NCBI GenBank assembly: GCA_030141605.1
Contig: JAQGDQ010001685.1
Span: 1 to 29,506, forward strand
Source of the DNA: Tubiluchus corallicola
Lineage: Eukaryota; Animalia; Priapulida
Length of the DNA stretch: 29,506 nt
Reading direction: 5' to 3'
In this document: positions 22,801-29,506 of the stretch, in pieces
Layout: the number at the start of each line of letters is the position of its first letter
How positions within the stretch are numbered: position 1 is the stretch's first letter
Program-made: the position numbers and the translations under genes
Notes under the pieces: model-generated
Database searches by the model: none
Told to the model about the DNA's origin: nothing
Seen by the model: the letters and a program-made list of their open reading frames with translations, nothing else

Positions 22801-25800
22801 GATCTGTTAATAGTTATTTTGATTTAAGCCAATAACAATAGACTAAAAATGGTGATAAAATGGCAAACTAGAAAATCTACATAACATAAAAAACTTCACA
22901 AGGTACAGTACTTTAGAGACGACTTTGTACAGATCAGCATAGCATGCATACTAAATGTCTTAAATACTTTAAAAAATTATCAGCAGTTGCAAAATGAAGC
23001 ACATTTTATGCTTCCATTGAATCCCAATGTATCCCGTGGGATACAGGCTATATTTAGCACGCGGGCACAGGTAGACAAAAATCATTATTATGTGTAAACA
23101 AGATGGACATACTGAACAAAAGTACCAAGCCAAAATTTTTTTTCTTTTTAACAAAATAATTTGGGACTGAAAGGGTTAAAGTTAGCTTTCAAAGAAGCAC
23201 TGCAGAAAGAAACGATATTGCAAGAAGATAGCCACTGACTTACACCAATTCTATCCAAAAAGATTCTATCAACACACAATTAGATATCAAAAATACAGAG
23301 ACATGGGAGGCTGCAGGTGAGGTGATTATTAGGGTCATGTCAAAAGATGTGCGACTCCAGAGATGATGATGATGATGTTACTAGTTACTTTTCACTAATG
23401 TAAATTACTGGAGTCATTTTACAGATGTCTAAGGTGCAGCCATCTGCAGGAGCCAAACAACATTAAACATTGAAACATTTTAGAAAACTAATTATCATAA
23501 TAACCTTAGCAACTGTTTCATGTGTAAGGTGCAGCCATCTACAGGAGCCAAACAACATTAAACATTAAAACATTTTAGAAAACTAATTATCATAATAACC
23601 TTAGCAGCTGTTTGATGTCTAAGGTGCAGCCATCTACAGGAGCCAAACAACATTAAACACTGAAACATTTTAGAAAACCAATCATCATAATAACCTTAGC
23701 AACTGTTTGATGTCTAAGGTGCAGCCATCTACAGGAGCCAAACAACATTAAACATTGAAACATTTTAGAAAACTAATTATCATAATAACCTTAGCAATTG
23801 TTTCATGTCTTGCTCATAACCAAACGAAAACATAATATCTGCTTCATCGATTATAAGATATTTCAGTGAAGCGACAACAGACATGTTCTTTGCTTCCAGG
23901 TGCGCCAAGATTTTACTTGGAGTGCCAATAACAACATCAGGACTCTCGGCTAACAGCGGCCTGCAAAAAGAAAGACAAATTTTTAGATGTTCTACATTAT
24001 AATGGAATTTTAGAAAATACGATAAGAATAAATAACCATTTTTAGACATTTCATACAACACATCTTTGATCATAAAATGGTGTTTTGAAAATAACTTCTT
24101 GTGGTGTGTTACTAAAACAGAATCTTGTAAATAAACAAATAGCCATTTGCTATCAAATATTAATATAGTATAATATAATAGTTTTATTTATACACATGCA
24201 CACTCACACAAATAAGCACGTACTTAGAAGCCAATTTTCACAAGTCATATTACTAATTCTTAAAATCAGGGGTGTGCAAATCATCTGACTAGCCGGGCCA
24301 CATTAAACTTTCTCACAATTCCTGAGGGCACAGGCAGCCAAGTACAGTAAGGCCTAATAACGATTTTTTTGCATCCGGCCTGCGTACATCATTACTACTA
24401 CACTCAAGAACTATTTTAGAAGTTATCAAAATTTATATTACAAACCATATATTTCTACTTCCAGGACAGATAGTGGTAATTTCATTACAATGCATATTAG
24501 TAATGTGTATCACACAGTCTGTGTAGTACAGTGACATTAAGCTACAACCGTCTTGTAAGGGTTAATGGCATCCGATCTAGTAGAAAAAACTACCCGCACT
24601 ATCTTTGAGATCGTGGCACGGACTTCAGCTGGATACACTCAATTAATCGCCCGGGCTGCACTTTCATTAGCTTGACAAATTTCTTCGCGGGCCGCACAAA
24701 TTCTCTCGGCGGGCCGCAAGTGCCCCGCGGGCTGCAATTTGCACACCCCTGCTTAAAACACAATTGTTTCATAAAAATGCAGGACAAGTGACTAAACACG
24801 TTTCACCAACTATCAACAAGCAATTTTGCATGAGAACGTACTATACAGTACAGTATTACAGAATGCACCTGGCTTCAGACGCTGAGTGGCCGGTTAGCTT
24901 TACTTGTTGCAAACCAACCCAAATCCCACGGCTGTTAAACTTGTCTACAATGTTTTTGCACGACCGTGGCAGTGAAATAAACAGACCTGAGTGACTGAGC
25001 TTAGTGCTGAGCTACGACGGCAGTCTGCCGCCTTCCCGTCTCTTACAAGTAAAACGTAGGCGGCAGCACTGTGCCACTTTCCATAGTGAAAGGGTTAATA
25101 GTTAATCAACGGCTTGCCAACCCTACCTCTGAGATTGCAAGTCGCCTTTCCCCGAAACATCTATGCATCTCAAATCACGGGAACAGGAACTTGTGAGTTC
25201 CTGGATGTGTTTAGAAGTTTGTGATCCCAGCTCTTTGGTGGGCACCAGGATGACCACCTGGATGACTTGCTGTTGCTGTACCTGAACAAATCAAAACTTG
25301 AAAGCAGATATATCACGAAACTATGTTTTCCGACAACAGGTGGCACTAGTATTGCCTGTACAATATACATGGATGTATGTACGCTAATGACAGGTTTAGT
25401 AGTAATATTCAAGAGAAAACCGAACTTTCTTACGAATAACAAACTGCTGAGTGGTCATTATGCGTGTTTAACAACGAAAGTCAAGCAAAGCAAAGCTAAC
25501 TATGTAAAGGGATTGGTGACTGCTAACAGAACTACTACTTAGCAGTTATGTGTGTCATCCAAGAAAGGATATATGCCTCTAAGCCACCTTTGCCAATCAT
25601 AATCACTTTTTACTACAATTACTAGCCTAGATACAGGCAAATTTTTAAAAATCAGTAAAGTTATAAATTGGCGTGACATGGATATAACATCTTCACCACC
25701 ACCTACGTTTCAATACAAGTGACATTGACAATTATGTGTTGCATATATGGACAAATAGATGTCGCCACAAGTACCAATGTAGAAACACCAGTATTAATTC

Positions 25801-27186
25801 GATAAACGTTTTTAATACGCTCCTGCAATTCCCCGTCTCTTTGGGCAGGTGAAAGTTTTAGCTTTTAGTTTATTACTTATGCAGGGAAATTTTAATTAAT
25901 TTTTGTACAAAATTGGGCAGGCTCCTAATAGCACATGTAACTGCTTATTAAGCCCTCAGTCTGTACATCATTTATTATTCGAATGTACATTTGAAAACCA
26001 AGCCAAAAGAAATGATTTTGTTAGCATTCTGCCTACGTTAGATTCGAACCATGTTTTCTCTAGCCGAGATAATAATGTTACAAATGCTTTTGCAAATCTC
26101 ATCTCGGATGAATTCCCATCATCTTTCTCCCGTATATAAACAGTCTCTTTGTTACGAATTTTACAACTCTCGTCGTGTTTTCTATATGCTGTTTTGTTTT
26201 CATTTATGATTATGTAAATTTACATTAGAATTGGTAATTACGTTTATTATAATTGTACTCGCTGTTTTGCATTGTGTATAATGCGTGTAAATTTTTGTTA
26301 CTAAGTATTAAAATATGTTCGTTATCTTTTATCATGTATGTATGTAGTGTTGGATTATAATTTCAAACTATGTCTATTGTACATGATCGTTGTCGTTCAA
26401 TGTGTCTCATGCGTTGGATTCTAAATTATATATATAGGTTTAATACGTTGTAAATGCTTTTAGAAATTTTAAACATATCCCTAGAAATAGAGGGAATGTA
26501 TTCTGTACACAGTTTTTGAAAATAAAGAATTATAATAATAATAATTTGCCAGTCCAAACCCTCATCTTGGAAGACTACCATTGACAGTGAGCTAGGTGCC
26601 ATCCTGCCACAAACATCTACATTAACTAGATCCTGTCTGAACTGTATAAAAAAATTTATGAAATACAAGAATGTATATCAAATTAAAAACAAATAGAATA
26701 CAATGAACATGGTTACCATTTTGCCCTGCAGAATTTGATGAATCACAGGGATGGCATAAGCAGCCGTTTTGCCAGAACCAGTTCTCGCGCGAGCCAAAAT
26801 ATCCTTGCCTTCCAAAGCGAGCGGTATAGCTTTTTCCTGTATGGGGGTCGGATCTTTCCAGCCCAGTTTAGCTATAGCCTGAAATATACTAATAGTTGTT
26901 AACAATTTGTAGTTTTTGTTGGCTAAAATCATGACGAAAATGTATGGTATACATATGAAGTTAAATTCTGTTTAGAGAAAAATGCTGAGGTAAACTGACT
27001 TTAGATTTAGCAACATGACACCATTTGTCATTTCTTAATATTGTAATTTGTAGTTTGCACGTCATCATGAATTTGTAGTGACCAGGGCAAATGCACAAAC
27101 ATTTGAAGTGATTCAAGGCATTTAGAGAAAAGTTGGCGTACCTTTAGCAATCGATCATCCAAGCCCATTTCGTGAAAAGCTAACAT
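5923..27186 (-). CDS. DDX56: DEAD-box ATP-dependent RNA helicase DDX56/DBP9, complete spliced CDS of 13 exons: 27142-27186, 26717-26878, 25127-25281, 23790-23960, 21660-21815, 20341-20445, 18060-18257, 17132-17248, 14880-14980, 13521-13594, 9612-9701, 7002-7211, 5923-6009 (1671 nt, 556 aa)
   Basis: Manual splicing gives one open frame with GT-AG introns and matching phases. Motifs: Q motif (GWKDPTPIQ), [44 protein letters not shown]56-specific C-terminus: [52 protein letters not shown]. Confidence 0.95.
6564..6840. repeat. ~94-95-bp tandem repeat, 3 copies (DDX56 intron 12)
   Basis: aacctctgagtaa at 6591, 6685 and 6780. Confidence 0.9.
7002..7211 (-). CDS. DDX56: DDX56 exon 12
   Basis: ttttag|TCG...AAG|gtaagg; [41 protein letters not shown]. 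Confidence 0.93.
7309..7862. mobile_element. ~500-bp insertion flanked by 27-bp direct repeats (probable retroelement fragment with a long TSD)
   Basis: gcatt(c/a)tataattatttgttttctttt at 7309-7335 and 7836-7862. Confidence 0.55.
8531..8946 (-). mobile_element. tRNA-derived SINE (Meta-domain-like core) with an expanded (ATT)n/(AGT)n tail
   Basis: Minus strand reads gtagtggtaacg...GAGTTCGAACC (A/B boxes), then GGTCATACCAAAGACTTTAAAAATGGTACC, and ends in aataaag plus a trinucleotide tail at 8531-8708. Confidence 0.75.
9240..9590. repeat. ~71-bp tandem repeat, about 5 copies, starting about 20 nt into DDX56 intron 11
   Basis: ttttaa(t/c)cgttttgc at about 9248, 9319, 9362, 9432, 9503 and 9574. 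Confidence 0.9.
9612..9701 (-). CDS. DDX56: DDX56 exon 11
   Basis: tttcag|GAT...AAG|gtaaat; [30 protein letters not shown]. Confidence 0.93.
9735..10118. repeat. Compound pentanucleotide microsatellite (TGTTG/TGCTG/TGTTA, then TACAT/CACTG/CACTA)
   Basis: Directly visible; a degenerate continuation follows the MITE at 10720-10760. Confidence 0.95.
10121..10718. mobile_element. MITE family A, both ends present, with a different internal segment
   Basis: TA|CAGTCAACCTCG ... CGAGGTTTACTG|TA, with many subterminal TATAAGGG motifs. Confidence 0.9.
11521..12020. mobile_element. 500-bp MITE with 12-bp TIR CAGGGATGAGAA and 6-bp TSD CAAAAG (hAT- or P-like termini)
   Basis: caaaag|cagggatgagaa...ttctcatccctg|caaaag; a related right end is at about 15561-15606. 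Confidence 0.8.
12410..12961 (+). mobile_element. 5'-truncated non-LTR retrotransposon (RTE-X-like ORF2 C-terminus) with (ACAT)n tail
   Basis: [16 protein letters not shown]...PRENRLCPC...H motif, then AATAAA immediately followed by (ACAT)n at 12833-12961. Confidence 0.7.
13521..13594 (-). CDS. DDX56: DDX56 exon 10
   Basis: tttcag|GT...CAG|gtactt; [24 protein letters not shown]. Confidence 0.93.
13665..14708. mobile_element. Degenerate Tigger/pogo-like element containing a (TG)n microsatellite
   Basis: TA|CAGGTAGTCGTT... and ...ACGATTACTTG|TA form imperfect TIRs. Confidence 0.5.
13762..13990. repeat. Imperfect (TG)n microsatellite
   Basis: Directly visible; it is the source of the spurious HT/CV ORFs. 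Confidence 0.97.
14880..14980 (-). CDS. DDX56: DDX56 exon 9
   Basis: ttgtag|A...G|gtttgc; [33 protein letters not shown]. Confidence 0.9.
15128..15210. repeat. 30-bp tandem repeat, about 3 copies
   Basis: gcgtagagtgatgcgtatga at 15131, 15161 and 15191. Confidence 0.9.
15678..16060 (-). mobile_element. Probable degraded CR1-like LINE 3' end
   Basis: Frameshifted RT..F...F.....R.WN-like remnant on the minus strand, ending in AATAAA plus (CTAAA)n. Confidence 0.4.
16390..17160 (-). repeat. Composite minisatellite made of the DDX56 exon 8 3' end, donor and intron start (11 donor copies including the real one)
   Basis: catacctgcc at about 16458, 16514, 16570, 16658, 16738, 16794, 16850, 16922, 17002, 17071 and 17127. 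Confidence 0.95.
17132..17248 (-). CDS. DDX56: DDX56 exon 8 (motifs V-VI)
   Basis: ttttag|G...GGC AG|gtatgt; [34 protein letters not shown]. Confidence 0.95.
17521..18002. mobile_element. MITE family A, full-length copy (482 bp)
   Basis: TA|CAGTCAACCTC ... GAGGTTGACTG|TA. Confidence 0.92.
18060..18257 (-). CDS. DDX56: DDX56 exon 7
   Basis: gacag|G...AA|gtatgt; [43 protein letters not shown]. Confidence 0.93.
18395..20394 (-). repeat. 83-bp minisatellite, 24 copies, made of the DDX56 exon 6 last 54 nt, donor and 29 nt of intron
   Basis: tacctgtagcacc runs from 18431 to 20338, i.e. 23 periods (21 of 83 bp and 2 of 82 bp). The last copy is the real exon end. Confidence 0.97.
20341..20445 (-). 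CDS. DDX56: DDX56 exon 6 (motif IV)
   Basis: cctag|G...TAC AG|gtattt; [35 protein letters not shown]. Confidence 0.93.
20550..20830 (-). pseudogene. Degraded PIF/Harbinger-like transposase N-terminal fragment
   Basis: [13 protein letters not shown]...R.QYG.YHHLV..LQLD.....FF.L......[10 protein letters not shown], followed out of frame by WVTG. This resembles the Harbinger pattern RRW.V.P...R...G.F..L..EL..D...F...FRM...LL..I.P.I.K...YLATG. Confidence 0.5.
21046..21413. mobile_element. MITE family A, truncated copy, with an extra internal fragment at about 21540-21610
   Basis: TA|CAGTCAACCTCGGATATA; collinear with 17521-17900. Confidence 0.88.
21660..21815 (-). CDS. DDX56: DDX56 exon 5 (motif III, SAT)
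   Basis: ttttag|A...AA|gtaagt; [51 protein letters not shown]. Confidence 0.95.
22053..22501. mobile_element. Tc2/pogo-like MITE with perfect 23-bp TIRs and TA TSD
   Basis: TA|CCGTATATACTCGCATATAAGCC ... GGCTTATATGCGAGTATATACGG|TA. Confidence 0.92.
22716..23175. mobile_element. piggyBac-like MITE
   Basis: TTAA|CCCTTTCA ... TGAAAGGG|TTAA; the internal palindrome GTATCCCGTGGGATAC occurs twice. Confidence 0.8.
23425..23810 (-). repeat. 95-bp minisatellite, 4 copies, made of the DDX56 exon 4 last ~20 nt, donor and intron start
   Basis: cataataaccttagc at 23496, 23591, 23686 and 23781 (the real junction). Confidence 0.95.
23790..23960 (-). CDS. DDX56: DDX56 exon 4 (motif Ib, DEAD)
   Basis: ttgcag|G...CTA AG|gttatt; [10 protein letters not shown]...[15 protein letters not shown]. 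Confidence 0.95.
24267..24751. mobile_element. hAT (Charlie-like) MITE
   Basis: Perfect 15-bp TIR CAGGGGTGTGCAAAT; 8-bp TSD cttaaaat/cttaaaac; subterminal GGCCCG/CGGGCC motifs. Confidence 0.9.
25127..25281 (-). CDS. DDX56: DDX56 exon 3 (motif Ia)
   Basis: ttcag|GTA...CAG AG|gtaggg; [52 protein letters not shown]. Confidence 0.9.
25880..26140 (+). mobile_element. Non-LTR retrotransposon ORF2 C-terminal CCHC remnant (I/R1/Nimb-like)
   Basis: [15 protein letters not shown]....[10 protein letters not shown]. Confidence 0.6.
26717..26878 (-). CDS. DDX56: DDX56 exon 2 (Q motif and Walker A)
   Basis: tttcag|GCT...ATG|gtaacc; [44 protein letters not shown]. Confidence 0.95.
27142..27186 (-). CDS. 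DDX56: DDX56 coding exon 1 ([15 protein letters not shown])
   Basis: aaccATG with an in-frame TGA 8 codons upstream. F..MGLD.RLL matches the DDX56 N-terminus. Donor AAG|gtacgc. Not in the ORF track. Confidence 0.9.
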
Positions 27187-28699
27187 GGTTAAACAGTTTA
27201 ATTTTTCTCACTTTATTAATTCATTCTGATGTGGAATAAACGAATCTTAAAACTAGTATATTTTTTGATACCGCAACGATTGTTTGCAAATATTAGTATT
27301 TCAAGAATCTATTGTTTACAGTAACAGAAGCGCATATAAATACATAGCGTATCTAAGCACCAAGAAAGATATAAGAAAAGATACACTCTTAGCAAAGTGC
27401 ACAAAAAATACATGACACGTGCGCTGCCATACGCTTGTTAGGGTTTGTGAAATACGTGAAAACTCATAAGAAGCGTGCACCGGTTAAATTTATAACCTAA
27501 TTTCAGCAATATTACGACGTCTTTTCAAAAATCTGTGCAGCTTGGTAGTTGGTATTATGATTTAATCGAGTTATGACCTGTAGCTTGTTAGAAGATTGCT
27601 TCAAAAATATTGTTTGTCGTCAGTAATATTGAAAATAAATAATCTTTGATCTTTTTTAGAAATTCGAGCATGTCTAATTTCTGTTGAAGAGTGGGTCAGT
27701 AGTCTCAGTGTACCTGAATGACTGTTTTGCTACATTTGTTTTACAATAGGTCACGCAGTATTCATTATATTTGATGTTTTTTATTCTTTTTTACCAAATG
27801 ATAACTTTGAATGTGTGAATGTATAATGTACATACATGTACCAACATCCCTTCAGAGCATGTACATGCGAATACTCACAATTCATCCCTATAAAACTATA
27901 TAATATGTTTGTGCAAGCAATTGTGCCTTATTTTATTTTGTTCTTATTTTGGCTATATTTATGCTTTGGAAATATTATCATGACTTAATCGTCGCCATAA
28001 CATCATTGTACTAACATTTGTCATTCATGTATTCCTCATCAACATGCTAAATTTCTACTTTTTTGTACTATGTCCTTATTCTAGAAAGAACGTGTGTGAA
28101 TGAGTGAGTGAGTAAGAGATCATAAAGCATTTTTGTTTTTGTTTTTCAAATTTCAAATTTACCATTAATCTGGGCAGCACCAATACAAAATTTTCGTCTA
28201 CATGCTGTCCAGAGGGCAGGGGCATACCACTATTAATGTTTTCTGTTTCAAAATTTGTGTTAATTTTATGCTTTCTATGCAAATTATCTTTTCAAACTTG
28301 TATGCTCATAGTAAATCTAGCTATATGTTATAATTCTTATCCTTGCTGGACTATTAAAGAAGTTGGGGGTATAAAAAGTGTTTGGTTGAATAATACACGT
28401 AAATGATCAGTTTTAATTTTACTAGATCATCTAATGTTAGTATTCCTTACTATTTTATTTACTCTAAACAATTTCAGACTCACGTGATCATATTTGCGTA
28501 AGTTGCGCAAGTGTCTCGTATACTTTTTTGTAAGTAAGCTCTTATGTAGTTAAGGTTAGTGGCGAAAATGCGAATATTACATTAATATGACAATAATTTA
28601 GTTAAGGTAAAATAAGAAAATTGAATATCTAGAGTTACAAGTAGAAGTTTTGTAGACAGTTTTTGATGTGGCTCACAGGGTGTTCAATTATTGTTATAC

Positions 28700-29047
28700 C
28701 GAGGAATTTTAAATCTTTTACGTGCGTTATTGGTAGGGCTGAGCATTCTGGAGTTCTTCTGCTCCTAAAGATAGATTTGGTTGAAGTTGTTAAACATCTT
28801 GATTTTTCTTAACTATCCAAGTTCGTTTATGTTTGCCTGGATAATCTTAGTTGATATAAATATTACTAATTTTGTTTGGGTTTACTTTAAACCAGTATGA
28901 AATGTCCTCTAGGTCTTCATTTATTTTGACTGTATCATTGGATTTATAGCTGTGAGTAAAAAATAAGCTTGTATTACATTGAGAGTTCTCACTATTTTTA
29001 ATGGAATGTTGCAGGCCATTAATATATATGAGGAATAACAGGGGTCC
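28700..29047 (-). mobile_element. Degraded LINE reverse transcriptase fragment (CR1/L2 group)
   Basis: GPLLFLIYINGL, then, frameshifted, KINEDLEDISYWFKVN. Confidence 0.6.
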
Positions 29048-29506
29048 TGTTCTTTTTTATTATATGATCTTTATATACATTGTTAAAATAAGCTACAGGC
29101 AAAATTTAAGAATCTTTGTACAAATGTTTTGATGGACAATAAAACCTGATAGAATTTGGACACAAGGGTAGTTTGACATTATTTTGATGCAAACAAAATG
29201 ATTAGAGTTGTACTTGTTCATGAACATAAAACGTAATCAGCGTCTGCCGTTTGTTGTATTGTATTATTGTAATTATATATTACAGGCGTTATGTTTACAA
29301 TACTAAGTTAATATAAATAGATATTTCTAGATACATTGGACGAATGGAGCGTAGGAAAAGTACATGAAAATAGTTTGCGCGCTCTTCACATTGGCGGTGC
29401 GTTGTGCTGCAATGCGTAAAAGTTAACAAATCGCAGTTTTGACGTCGCCATGAAGAATCGTGTTTTTGTATTTTGACCGGCAAACCTTGAAGTTTTATGT
29501 TAAATT

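Noticed and set aside
29295-29483. ORF or ATG near the right edge as the DDX56 first exon
   Set aside because: No similarity to DDX56; the real first coding exon is at 27142-27186.

Overview
AT-rich, intron-rich eukaryotic DNA, most likely from an invertebrate animal; the species cannot be determined from the sequence. (1) A complete minus-strand DEAD-box RNA helicase gene, DDX56/DBP9, can be built by hand from 13 coding exons (27186 down to 5923). All introns are GT-AG with matching phases, giving 1671 nt of CDS and 556 aa. (2) The first two coding exons of a V-ATPase subunit B gene lie on the minus strand (2246-1625). The sequence then folds back into a ~1.8 kb palindrome (1-1824) carrying an inverted copy of exon 2. 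(3) Introns hold many non-autonomous DNA transposons (Tc1/mariner-pogo-like, hAT-like, piggyBac-like), a tRNA-derived SINE, LINE remnants, and micro- and minisatellites. The most striking pattern is that minisatellites repeatedly arise from splice junctions. The 3' end of DDX56 exons 4, 6 and 8, together with the donor site, is tandemly amplified into the following intron (4, 24 and 11 donor copies). The V-ATPase exon 2 acceptor is also duplicated, in frame. All coordinates and counts were read by eye, with no alignments or database searches.
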